A stretch of 64,000 nt of DNA. Origin: a virus. Its lineage: Duplodnaviria; Heunggongvirae; Uroviricota; Caudoviricetes. Shown here piece after piece: positions 49,658 to 60,529 of this stretch. The stretch lies in IMG/VR virus record IMGVR_UViG_3300030055_000004. One strand, 5' to 3'. Below the pieces are notes generated by a model, which saw nothing but the letters and a program-made list of their open reading frames with translations, made no database searches and was not told the DNA's origin. Both the position numbers and the translations under genes were made by a program. Every line of letters begins with the position of its first letter. The first letter of the stretch is position 1.

Positions 49658-51235
49658 TTAATCAAAGTTTAATTCTATTACTTCTGGAAAATATTGCTCT
49701 GTTAATGATTTTTTTACTGATAAAGGTTTTGTTCCTAAAAAATCATAAAAATTTATATGAGCTTGTATTCCTTGAATATAAGCATTTGTTACTCTTTCTT
49801 TTCTTGGTTTACAAATATTATACTTTTCACACCATTCATCAAAAGATATAATTGGATAATCATATTTTTTACATTCTTCAACAGTATATGATGCATAAGA
49901 ATATATACAATATGAAATACCTTTACCATATTGCGAACTTAAAAACCAATTTTCCTCAGGTTGATATCCTTTATATTTACAAACAAAATCCCATTCTTCT
50001 TGACTTTTACATTCTATTGCAAATTCTAAATTTTCTTTAGTTTTTACTTTTTTATTTGCATTTATAGACAAAGAATTTAATTTTTGCATTTCATAAGCTT
50101 CTTTTGTAATTTCAAGTATTTCAGCCCATTTGCCTTTTTTATATAAACATCCTTTACCACTTTCTCCATAAATTAAATCTAAACTAATAAATTCTTGAAC
50201 TGGAATTACAACAGTGTATACTTCATTTCCTTCTCCAGCTGTTACATACTTAGTGCCTATAGGATAATCTTTAGCAGCTTTAGCTAATAATTTTTCTTTA
50301 GAAATATTTATAGATTTTTCAAAATTCATAAATTGTTCAAAAGTAATTGGTGTATAACAATTTTCTATTTGACTACTAGTACATTGATTCATTCCATATT
50401 CAGGATAATGCCAATAACTATCTGATGAACCACTGACTTCTCTTTTAACTAATTTATTAAATTTTTCATTAATTTGATCTTTATTATTAAAAGTAGATTG
50501 TATACACCATTTTTCAGGGTATATAAAAGGAACAATAATTTCGGAAGAATCTGATTCTTTTAATACATACTTTTTAAATTCATCAAATGTAATTACAGTA
50601 GAAGTTGTTTTACCAGTACCAAAACCATTATTATCAACATATGAATAAGTAGATACTGATTTAAGATTGTTACGTCCTAATTTAATTTTAAAATCACTAA
50701 GTATTTTATAATTTTCTTCAGTAACTTTAACACACCACCTAAAGGGTAAAACAAATTCTGGAACTTTAATTGCTTCAAAAACTATTTCAGTTCTTTTTAA
50801 TACATATTTTTTAAATTGATCAAAAGTAATTTCAATACAACTATTATTAAATTCTTTAGTATGCCATCCATCACAATCTAAATAACCAGGATTAATCCAT
50901 TCTGAACTTGTTTTAGTTTTTCTCCAAACAGCTATTTCTTCAGGTTTATTATTTGCTTCAACTTTTACACACCATTTTGTAGGAAGTATAAATTTAAAAG
51001 GATCATATCCTAAAAATTCTTGAATTATAATTTCTTGTCCTAAAGGAAGTGATCTAGTAAGTATATTTGCATCAGAAGTTACTAAATAAGGCCAATTTTC
51101 TTTTAAATTATTATAAATAGTTTTAGAAGTTATTGAAATATCATATCCATTTTTTTCGAGTTTATCCCAAATTAAAAGAAAAATATCATAAGTTAATTCT
51201 GGTATATATTTTATACATTTATTTGTTAAAATCAT
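49658..51235 (-). CDS. modular repeat protein (paralogue A), conserved termini, internal WC[VI]K / ITFD[EQ]FKKYVLK repeats
   Basis: 525 aa. At least three tandem copies of a roughly 80-aa module (PTKWCVKVEANNKP..., PFRWCVKVTEENYK..., PEKWCIQSTFNNKD...). The C-terminus ...QYFPEVIELNFD and the N-terminus M-LTN..KY.P are shared with ORF 57304..58485. Confidence 0.4.
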   Translation of the reverse strand: MILTNKCIKYIPELTYDIFLLIWDKLEKNGYDISITSKTIYNNLKENWPYLVTSDANILTRSLPLGQEIIIQEFLGYDPFKFILPTKWCVKVEANNKPEEIAVWRKTKTSSEWINPGYLDCDGWHTKEFNNSCIEITFDQFKKYVLKRTEIVFEAIKVPEFVLPFRWCVKVTEENYKILSDFKIKLGRNNLKSVSTYSYVDNNGFGTGKTTSTVITFDEFKKYVLKESDSSEIIVPFIYPEKWCIQSTFNNKDQINEKFNKLVKREVSGSSDSYWHYPEYGMNQCTSSQIENCYTPITFEQFMNFEKSINISKEKLLAKAAKDYPIGTKYVTAGEGNEVYTVVIPVQEFISLDLIYGESGKGCLYKKGKWAEILEITKEAYEMQKLNSLSINANKKVKTKENLEFAIECKSQEEWDFVCKYKGYQPEENWFLSSQYGKGISYCIYSYASYTVEECKKYDYPIISFDEWCEKYNICKPRKERVTNAYIQGIQAHINFYDFLGTKPLSVKKSLTEQYFPEVIELNFD

Positions 51236-51261
51236 AATAATTTATTTTATGTTATTAATTG

Positions 51262-51339
51262 TGGTATTAGAAAGATTCGAACCTTCAACCTCGTACCTTG
51301 CGGGTTTAACGTGCTCTAACCAATTGAGCTATAATACCA
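51262..51339 (-). ncRNA. tRNA-like RNA lacking an anticodon arm
   Basis: Perfect acceptor GGTATTA/TAATACC, D-arm GCTC-AATTGGTTA-GAGC, T-arm GAAGG-TTCGAAT-CTTTC. The anticodon arm is replaced by CGT-TAAAC-CC-GCAA-GG-T-ACG, a GNRA-capped mini-hairpin. Total length 78 nt. Confidence 0.5.
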
Positions 51340-51650
51340 AAAAAAAGTTGTTTAATAATAAGAAATATAGTTAATGCTAGAAATAAAGTTAAAGTCAAAG
51401 ACCTCTTTTACAACAAAGGCAAAGACAAAACACAAAGTTATCATAGGTATACCTATGACGTTTTTTTTGAATTTTATAAAGTTCGTAAAAGAGCGGTTTA
51501 GTTTTGATTATTTTATCATTATTGTTACCTTAACAAGGTAATGCTTATGCAGCATTGAGTAGATATCCCACGAGGGGATGAATTTGGTTCTTATTATTAA
51601 ACATAAAAGATAAGTGCATCGGCTTATGCTTATCACTTATCTACCTTTAA

Positions 51651-52184
51651 TTAAAATTTAAAAAGTTTTTTTGGTGCTGAATCAACTACAATCTCAATCT
51701 TAATTGGTTCTTGTACAGGTTCTGCATCTTTAATTTTAAGTACTAAATCAAGAGCAATTGCAAGTTCTCTATCATTATCACCACTATCATCAGAAATATT
51801 AAGAGTTGCATATTTAGTTTTCCAATCTTCGGAAATAACTTCATAAGTATCTGATTCAGTTACTATAGGTATTTCTCCTTGAAAATCTACAACAATTAAT
51901 GGAATATAAGAAGCTGAATAAATATGTTCATGGTTAGTATCTAAATAATGATCATATTCTGTCCATTGACCTTTACCTACTAATACTTTATCATCTCCGG
52001 CATCAAAATCATGATTTGGAGGAATAACTAAAATATAATCAGCTTTATCAAGAGTATCAAAAGAATATTTACCTCCTTCAAATTCAAGAACTTCACAATC
52101 AAATCCAGCAAGATAATCCTGAACCATACGAATATGGTCTGGATCACCTGCTTTAGACTTACATAAATAAATTTTAAGTATCAT
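51651..52184 (-). CDS. hypothetical protein
   Basis: 177 aa ORF. Confidence 0.25.
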   Translation of the reverse strand: MILKIYLCKSKAGDPDHIRMVQDYLAGFDCEVLEFEGGKYSFDTLDKADYILVIPPNHDFDAGDDKVLVGKGQWTEYDHYLDTNHEHIYSASYIPLIVVDFQGEIPIVTESDTYEVISEDWKTKYATLNISDDSGDNDRELAIALDLVLKIKDAEPVQEPIKIEIVVDSAPKKLFKF

Positions 52185-53104
52185 TATACAGTAACTTTAA
52201 CTAAAAATTTATCAATGATTGGTTGAAACAATGGATCAACAGTAATACGTAAAGCAGCTAATTTCTTAATTGTTTCTTGGCGTTCAATTTCAAATTCTGA
52301 TTCAATTTTAGAACATGCATCATTATAATCACGCATTTCATCATTGTAGTCAGTATTTAAAACTTTATTAATGTCATTAACTCTAAAAGTTTCATCGGCA
52401 TTTAATTTAGCTATTCGAGCATTTTCAGTTGTAACTATAGTTTTTACTTTAGCTTTAAAATAATTTGTTCTTTGTTCATATTTGCGATGAATAATAGATA
52501 ATTTTTCATGTAAAGATTGTAACTCTTCAGCTGTATGATTAGCAGTAATAATTACTGGACTCTTAGTTCCGGCAACAACATCAATCCATTCAATTGAAGG
52601 AAGTTTATTTAATTCATCTCTTAATTTCTCAAGAATAGAACCTTTATGAATAAATTGACCAATATGAGCAGCAAGTGCTTCAACTTGATAAAATTCATTC
52701 ATTTCTTTCACTGAAAGTTGTTCCCAACCCCACTCTTCATTTACATTATTAAGTAAATGAGACATTGAATATAAAGGACGAGGTACTATTTCAACAATAG
52801 TTAAATCAGGTTGTTCATTTTTAGCAGCCATCAATAAGCGTTCTTTTGTTTTAAGATTTTCTATCAAAAAAGCTTGACAACCAGTTAGTAATCCTTTTTC
52901 TTCCAACATTTCAATCACATTAACCGGCATTACATTTCCTTTTTGCAAAGTATGTGTAATAGTACCAATTACTATAGTTTTAGATGCTGTGTTTACATTT
53001 TTTAAACAATTTGTAATATCTAATGCTCTTTGATTACAAAGATTAGATATTGATTGAGCTTCTGACATACTCAATCCTTTTTCTGATAATGAATGCTTTC
53101 TCAT
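52184..53104 (-). CDS. hypothetical protein
   Basis: 306 aa ORF. Confidence 0.25.
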   Translation of the reverse strand: MRKHSLSEKGLSMSEAQSISNLCNQRALDITNCLKNVNTASKTIVIGTITHTLQKGNVMPVNVIEMLEEKGLLTGCQAFLIENLKTKERLLMAAKNEQPDLTIVEIVPRPLYSMSHLLNNVNEEWGWEQLSVKEMNEFYQVEALAAHIGQFIHKGSILEKLRDELNKLPSIEWIDVVAGTKSPVIITANHTAEELQSLHEKLSIIHRKYEQRTNYFKAKVKTIVTTENARIAKLNADETFRVNDINKVLNTDYNDEMRDYNDACSKIESEFEIERQETIKKLAALRITVDPLFQPIIDKFLVKVTV

Positions 53105-53110
53105 TTTATT

Positions 53111-53542
53111 TTAAGTATTTAATTTTTTTTCAATAAGTTGTTTTATAGTATCTTCAGGTGAAGATAATCCAGTTAATCCAGATATAGCACATCCAATCTT
53201 TCGTGCTGTATCAGCACATTCTCTTTTAACATAAGCTATTTCTTTTAATGCACTTCCAGCTTTCTTACGGCTTTCGTATTCTGCTTGATTAGTATTATAA
53301 AAAGCCAATGCAATATCCATAGCACGTTGTCGTTCTTCAACTAACAATTGAAGTACTTCTTCTTTGTTGTATAATTGCTTCTCTGGGCCTACAAATATAT
53401 CCCACATGTTTTCAATTTCACTACCTACCAATGAATCTTGTCTTCTATAAGAAGGCATAATCAATCTAGTATTCAGTTCACGCTCTTTCAAAGATAATTC
53501 CATATTCCACCATTTAATGGCAGTCATTCTATTTCCTGACAT
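53111..53542 (-). CDS. hypothetical protein
   Basis: 143 aa ORF. Confidence 0.25.
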   Translation of the reverse strand: MSGNRMTAIKWWNMELSLKERELNTRLIMPSYRRQDSLVGSEIENMWDIFVGPEKQLYNKEEVLQLLVEERQRAMDIALAFYNTNQAEYESRKKAGSALKEIAYVKRECADTARKIGCAISGLTGLSSPEDTIKQLIEKKLNT

Positions 53543-55592
53543 TATTTCTTTAGTTTTAAAATTGAATCTTTATCAATAACAGTTTTAGTATAAAATGAGC
53601 CAGCTCTAACACCTTCATAATCTACTTGAACATATTTCATTGCCACATTTTCAACGCAATCATCAATACCTTGATTATATGCATCATCTTGAATCTCCTG
53701 AATCATTAAAACATAATCATCATAGCCAAAGTCGCCTTTCATGATTTGTTTCATTGCGTATTTTGCGGGATTTATCATTTTATTAATTTTTAAATTAGTT
53801 AGATTCTCAGGTTCGAACTGAGCTTTACCAACACTATGTCGGTCTGTGCACTAATACACTAAATCAATAGGAATGTCAATCCCTCCAACAGTTTCTATCT
53901 GTAATAGTGATTTTCTCGGATAGAAAATTTACAAAAGAATTCTATTTTATACGTATAGATACATATTCTTATTCATAACCAACCTTTAAGAATGGAACCA
54001 ACATGAATATACATGCTCAACCTATTTTGACATAACAGGATTTTTATTTTTTAATAGAAAATGATTTTAATTCACCAGTTTCTATACATTTTTGTACAAA
54101 TGTAATTTTATAAACTTTACCACGTTTATTACTAAATTCTACTCGTTCTTGAATAGAAAAAGTAGGCTCAATTGGTGGAAGTCCTATCCAATAAGCTTTA
54201 CCACAATGTTTACAACGTTGGTAGCCTTTTGCATCAAGATAATCATATTCATGAATATGAAAAATACTATTAAGTAAGATCATTTTTTATTTAGTTTTAT
54301 TTATATAAAAATTTATAATTTGTTTAAGTTCTTCTTCATCTGTTGCTATAACTAATTTATCATATCCAAATAATCCAAACATTCTATAACCACGACATAA
54401 TATATATCCTTTATAATCAATACCATTATATTGATATTTATGTTCTAAAATAAAATATCCTATATTAGTATTAAATAACCATTTTAATATTTTCATAATT
54501 AATTTTTTATTAATTTAAAAATGGAATAAGTGGGCTTCACAGCAGACTTATTCACGAACTCAAAAACACTATATCATTAATAAAATGATTGTATAGTGGA
54601 AATGGTGGGAGTCGAACCCACGTCTTCCTCAGGAATCCATAATAAAATTTTACAGCTTAGCTTTTACAGTTGCTTATCTGCTATTTCTTGAAAAGAAACA
54701 TTGAAATAACATGGGACTGTTTGGTTACAAACAGAACACCACCAGTACGTGTAACGTACACTTTAACAACCCTCAGTAAGGAGGCGATGTATTACAATTG
54801 TTCTTAGTAGGAACATGACTATTACTCAATTATTGAATAATAAGGTCAATTGACAACCCCATTGGATATTATGCTGCTACAGCGTAAGCTGTGCGACTAC
54901 CAAAAATAAGCGATTTAACGTTTTCTTTTATTGTTTTGATCTCTGATTAACGAGGGTGGTCTACCTCAGCTGTTTTACTATTTATCTACTGCGAATCAAT
55001 ACCAAGCATTCCCATATTTAATAGAATTATATAATCTGACTCCTATTCTTGTTATAGTCTACCAGATAGTATCTTTTATAATTTAGAGTATATAGTATAT
55101 AATTTTAATTTTTAATAACCGAAACAATTTACATAAGGATCATCATCAAAATCTTGAGTATTAAGATCATCTAATACATCACTTTCTTTTTTTAATTTCA
55201 TACTTTTTATTCTTTAAAAGCTATAATTGTTCCATAAACTATCATTTTAACATTATCATATATAAAAGTAAAATGATTATTCTGAGAATGTACATCTATA
55301 CATCCTTTCCATTCTCTAATAAGAAAATTACCATTATATAAACGAATACAATAAGTTGTATTATTTTTAGATGGTATATCATAAATTCCTCTATAAGAAT
55401 TTGTAATTTCTGGAGAACAAGAAATCATAGAGATTAAAAATAATAAAATAATTAGTTTTTTCATATTGTTTTAAAGTTTAATTTAAAAAATTCAACGTTG
55501 CCAATGATCACATCTAAACAGACATCACATAGTCCATCAAAATAATAATCATGACTTCCACATACAGGACATCTCATAATGTTTTTAATTTA

Positions 55593-56072
55593 TTATATTT
55601 TAGTTTTATTTTTTCCTTCAATACAACATTCTACATTTAATACTTCTTTTATACAATTTCCATTATGGAAATGAGAAGGAATATCATTTGTTTTTATATA
55701 ATATTTACATTTAGTACATTCTTTAGAACCAACTTTACAATTATAATACTTACATTTAATTTTTAATATATATTGATGATTAAAAAAGAATACATTGGTT
55801 CCTGGCCTTGTATCTATCTCCATTTTAAAATCTATTTTATCTATTCTTCTATTCCTATATTTTTTAATAAGTAATATTTCTATAATATAATATATTAATA
55901 AAATAAATCCAATAAAAGAAAGTACTGAAAATATAGCTCCATATTCATCTTGATATAGTCTTTTATTATTTACTTTAAGATATATTTTATTTAAAATATA
56001 AAATAACATCGGATTTAGTATTAATGTAAATAATATATATATTAAAAATATTATAAATGCTATTTCTTCCAT
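55593..56072 (-). CDS. membrane protein with C-terminal Cys-rich domain
   Basis: 159 aa. Two N-terminal transmembrane segments, then a CKYYNCKVGSKECTKCKYY cysteine cluster. Confidence 0.3.
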   Translation of the reverse strand: MEEIAFIIFLIYILFTLILNPMLFYILNKIYLKVNNKRLYQDEYGAIFSVLSFIGFILLIYYIIEILLIKKYRNRRIDKIDFKMEIDTRPGTNVFFFNHQYILKIKCKYYNCKVGSKECTKCKYYIKTNDIPSHFHNGNCIKEVLNVECCIEGKNKTKI

Positions 56073-56539
56073 ATTTATAGATTAATTTATTTTTTTTAGC
56101 ACCCTTTTATCAATAGGATTACCTTTCAATGGCATATGATAAATTAGGGTCATGCTGAGAACTCATTAGTATTGTTAGGATTTAATTTTAGACTGTGAAG
56201 TTTAACTATTTTCCTCGCTACTTTCTCTACAACTTTCTCAAGGTTGCAATACTTCTAGGATTACTCCATTACTTGATATATTGCAGATTTTACAGCAGCA
56301 ATAAGTCATTCATTTAAGCAGTTATATCCTGCATAATATCCTGTCTTCAGGATTAGTATCTTTATGTATTTGTAGGTCTAACCTACTATAGCAATTTCTA
56401 TCAAAGCGTTAGCTCAAGTCTTCTACATACAAAGGTATTCAATGTTTAACCTTTAAATTATTAACCTGTTCTTCCAAGGTTAGCATTAACGACCACAGAC
56501 CATAGTACACTTTGGATTCGTCAGTTAATAATTTATTTA

Positions 56540-56971
56540 TTATGCAATTTGTGCTAAATATTTTTCATAAGTAGCAATACTTTTTTCTTCAGCTTCAGTT
56601 CTACGTTTAGCTTCTTCTTTTAAAGAAGTAATAGTTGATTCAACTTTTTCAACTTTGTACAATGCATTAGCAATAGCACCTTGCCATTCGCTTTTTACAT
56701 AAGCAACACGTTCGTCACGACTAAGTTTTTCAACACTAATATTCAAAAATGCTTCTTCATAAGCCACTTGTGCATCACTAGCATATTCTGCTTGTGCTTC
56801 CAATTCTTCACTAAGATTAGTAGCTATTTTTGCAATATTTGCTTTAGCAACTGAAATAGCCTTAGTCCAAAGTTGTTTTGCTGTGTTTTGTACAGCAATT
56901 ACATTAGCATCATCACCACCTTTAACAAATGCAATAACACGTTCTACGAAAGATTTTTTTTCTTCACTCAT
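56540..56971 (-). CDS. coiled-coil protein (scaffold/phasin-like)
   Basis: 143 aa, Ala/Glu/Lys-rich, predicted alpha-helical. Its codon composition is richer in GC than neighbouring genes. Confidence 0.3.
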   Translation of the reverse strand: MSEEKKSFVERVIAFVKGGDDANVIAVQNTAKQLWTKAISVAKANIAKIATNLSEELEAQAEYASDAQVAYEEAFLNISVEKLSRDERVAYVKSEWQGAIANALYKVEKVESTITSLKEEAKRRTEAEEKSIATYEKYLAQIA

Positions 56972-57303
56972 TTTTTTTGTTTTTAAAAATTTAATTTATA
57001 ATTCAATAATTGTTGGAAAATATTTTTCTATATCTACAATTTCAGATATAATAGGTTTTGGTAATAAAGTATTAGAAATAAAAGGGAGATATTTTAATAA
57101 AATATGTCTATTATTTCTATTTAATGGGCATTCAGAACAACGTACACTTCCACATGTAATTAGAATATCTTCTACTAATATTTCATAATAACTACAAATA
57201 GATTTATCTGGGTTTTCTAAAGCTTTTTTAAGAGATTCTGAATTTTTAAAAAAATCTATAAAATTATTATTTTTTTATAGCTGTATTAACATCTAAAAGC
57301 ATT

Positions 57304-58485
57304 TTAATCAAAATTAAGTTCTGTAACTTCAGGAAAATAATCTATAGTTTTTACTGGTGGATCCAATTGTAAAATATGATGTCCTAGTTTATACCCATCT
57401 GTTACAAATTTATCAGGTTGAAATAAACCCATATTTTGAGCAGTTTTTACAATTATATCTTTCATTGATAATTCACTACTAACTATTTCAGAACATGGAT
57501 TTTTGGTTACTGAAGTATATAATTCAAATTCATGTGGACTTACAATAGTATATCTTCCATCTTTTTCAATATAATGATTAATAGAATAATTAAGTTTATA
57601 AATTGTCCAAATTTCATTTATATAATATTCTACATCTTTATAACTTCCATTAGAAATAATTTTAACTTTATCTCCTACTTTATATTTTGTACAAATATTA
57701 TTAATTTTTATTAAATTTAATTCAGATTCAACAAATTCTTTAAAACCTTCACATTTAAGATAAATATTATCACAAGTACCACTAATAGCAAAACAAGATA
57801 TACCTTCTTTGATATCAAATTTAGTAATTACACGATTACTTGAAAATGAACTAGTAATAGATTTCCATTTATTACTATAAAAACAATTTGATTTATGAGC
57901 CCATTTAGTTAAAATTTTATCCGAATATCCTATTCCTATTTTTAAATCATATACATTAGGTATATATAAAATAGTTACATCAAATGGTTTATTCACTTGA
58001 TTATAATAATTTATTTCTGCATCAGTTGCATATCGCCAATTACGTAAATTAGAACTTTTATCAGCTTTTAAACTTTTATTACCATTTTGTGTATTTCCTT
58101 CAAGATCAGTATAAGGATAAATACCTTCAGCTGTCATACGTATTTTAAAACAATAATTATTTTTAGCGCAATCACTATAATCCTCAATACTATCTAAAGT
58201 AACTATATAATCATCCTTATAGAATAAATTTTCTGAAATTGGATTTAAAATTTCTTGTACAGTTATTTCTGTAAAAGAAGTACCATTTTTAGTTAAATAA
58301 AAATTAAATTCTTTATCTTTTGTATCAACTAAATAAGAATATTCTTGTGTAAATTCAGTATAACTATATTCGAAAGATTTATTGTTTTCTCTTTTCCATC
58401 CTTTTTCATATAATTTATTCCAAATTTTTGTAAATACTTCAAGAGTAATAGAAGGATTATATTTTAAATATCTATTTGTCAGCAT
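57304..58485 (-). CDS. modular protein (paralogue B of 49658..51235)
   Basis: 393 aa. N-terminus MLTNRYLKYNPSITLEVFTKIWNKLYEKGW and C-terminus ...IDYFPEVTELNFD are shared with paralogue A; the middle region differs. Confidence 0.4.
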   Translation of the reverse strand: MLTNRYLKYNPSITLEVFTKIWNKLYEKGWKRENNKSFEYSYTEFTQEYSYLVDTKDKEFNFYLTKNGTSFTEITVQEILNPISENLFYKDDYIVTLDSIEDYSDCAKNNYCFKIRMTAEGIYPYTDLEGNTQNGNKSLKADKSSNLRNWRYATDAEINYYNQVNKPFDVTILYIPNVYDLKIGIGYSDKILTKWAHKSNCFYSNKWKSITSSFSSNRVITKFDIKEGISCFAISGTCDNIYLKCEGFKEFVESELNLIKINNICTKYKVGDKVKIISNGSYKDVEYYINEIWTIYKLNYSINHYIEKDGRYTIVSPHEFELYTSVTKNPCSEIVSSELSMKDIIVKTAQNMGLFQPDKFVTDGYKLGHHILQLDPPVKTIDYFPEVTELNFD

Positions 58486-58972
58486 CTGTATCTTTTAGTT
58501 TATTATAATATTTAACAAAATAATCAGAAATCTCTGAAATCTTCAATTTTTGATAGTATGATACTCTCCCATAATATTCAATAGTATGATCTCGATATAC
58601 TAAAGCAATAAATCTATTTTGAAAATCAAAAATTTGAATACTACCATAAGAATCAAGAGTTATTGTAATTTGATGTTTTGGATTTGTTTTAAAATCATCA
58701 TATATGTAAAATATTACAAAAGCAAAAACTAACAAATAAAATATAAGATTATTACTAAAAAATAAAAAAAGTAAAGCTAGGAATATTAAATATACATATT
58801 TTTTCATATTTTTTTTTGAATTTAATTGATTGTCTTTTACAGCTTAAACTTTAATCGACAGAGAGTACTTAACCTCATTCTTGCATTTTTAAATGCTACT
58901 GTCATTTTTCTAGATTTAAATAACTAGCTGTTCTCAAGAACTTGAAAAGTTATTTGAGTTTTTTATTTTTTA

Positions 58973-59791
58973 CTATCGCATATTTACCATAGTACCGGCA
59001 TTACCTAAAACAGTGGCAGAATTTACTCCATTCCATTTTTCAATTTTACGAAGTTCAACCAATTGAAGAGTTAATGAAGCAGAAACAGTACGATTATAAT
59101 ATGCTTCTCCATCTGCTTTAGCTCTTTTTATATTGGCTTTAGCGATTTCATCTGCTACCTGATTTTGTGTTTCTAATGCTTTCTGAGTCATTTTTACTTT
59201 ATCATTCAATGATTTTTCAATCGAAGGTGGTATTCTAATAGCTCCAATTAAATTTAAATCATCAATAATTATACCAGTTGGTGCTAATTTATTTTTAATT
59301 ATCATTTTAACAGAATCAATTAATTTACCTTTACCAGCCCCATATACAGATTCAATAACCATAGATCCGGCAACACGATTCAAAGCATCTCTTATTTCTT
59401 TTCGGACAATTACACCACGGATTTCTTCTTCACCTTTATGATATTTTTGAAACATTTCAGATATTTTATCAACTTCAAAATGCATAGATAATCCAAGATC
59501 AGCATAACAAATCATACCTTCATTAGTTTGAAAACTAAATTCTTCATTATCTTTACTACCTTCATTATTTTCTTTTGTATATATATAATTTACCTGGTAG
59601 GTAGGATATAAATACAAATTTTCATTAGGGCCAATGAAATAACGACCAACACCTAAAACTTGAGATTGAACTCCTTTAGAACTACCTAAAAGATCAACTT
59701 TGACACCAACATAGCCAGCATCAACACGGGAACAAGAAGAAAGAGCTACTACTATAAATAGAAGCAAAGAAAAGATAAAACTTTTTTTCAT
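58973..59791 (-). CDS. SPFH/band-7 (prohibitin/HflC-like) lipoprotein
   Basis: 272 aa. Signal peptide with lipobox LSSCS; band-7-like core ...RKEIRDALNRVAGSMVIESVYG...RAKADGEAYYNRTVSASL. Confidence 0.5.
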   Translation of the reverse strand: MKKSFIFSLLLFIVVALSSCSRVDAGYVGVKVDLLGSSKGVQSQVLGVGRYFIGPNENLYLYPTYQVNYIYTKENNEGSKDNEEFSFQTNEGMICYADLGLSMHFEVDKISEMFQKYHKGEEEIRGVIVRKEIRDALNRVAGSMVIESVYGAGKGKLIDSVKMIIKNKLAPTGIIIDDLNLIGAIRIPPSIEKSLNDKVKMTQKALETQNQVADEIAKANIKRAKADGEAYYNRTVSASLTLQLVELRKIEKWNGVNSATVLGNAGTMVNMR

Positions 59792-60529
59792 TTTTTTGTT
59801 TTTGTTTTGTTTATAAATAAGAAAGGTATTTTAAAAAGAGCTGCACCTAAAACAATGATAACACAAAGTCCTAAAAAGACAAGAAAATCACTATCAGAAC
59901 TAATTAAAACTGGGAGAAGTAAGAAAATTGTAGCTAAATAAATTAGCAATAAAATAATAATTTTTAAATAAATTTTCATTTAAATGTTAAATAATTTTGT
60001 TGTTGTAATAACAATGCATTGACTTTTTTATTAGCTAATTGTTGATGAAATAAAGCTAAATCAACCATAGTTGAATATTTTAATTTCATATAAGCATAAT
60101 TAAGACGACAAGACATATGATTTCCATAAGGAATTAACATAGTTTTTTTATACCACCATTTCTTATTTGAAAAAAATGTTTTATTGGGAAAATCTTTAGG
60201 ACAAGCAAGTACATAATACATTCTTATTCCAGAAACTTCCTCAATAAGAGAAACATTTTTTTCAAGGTTTTGAACATTAAATAATTTAGCCATTTTAACA
60301 AAATTGAATTTGACGATTTTGTTTAAATTCTGCAATTTGAGAAGCTACATTGTTACTAAATGTATTTAATATTTTTGTACCACCACAAGTAATAAAATCA
60401 TTATGACGTTTTTCATATGCTTTTGCTTTTGTTACAATATTTATATTATGTTTAACAATTTCTTGTGATTCGTGAGAAACAATTTTTCCATTTGTTGATG
60501 AAAGAATTGGGATTTTTATTCTCTCAATT

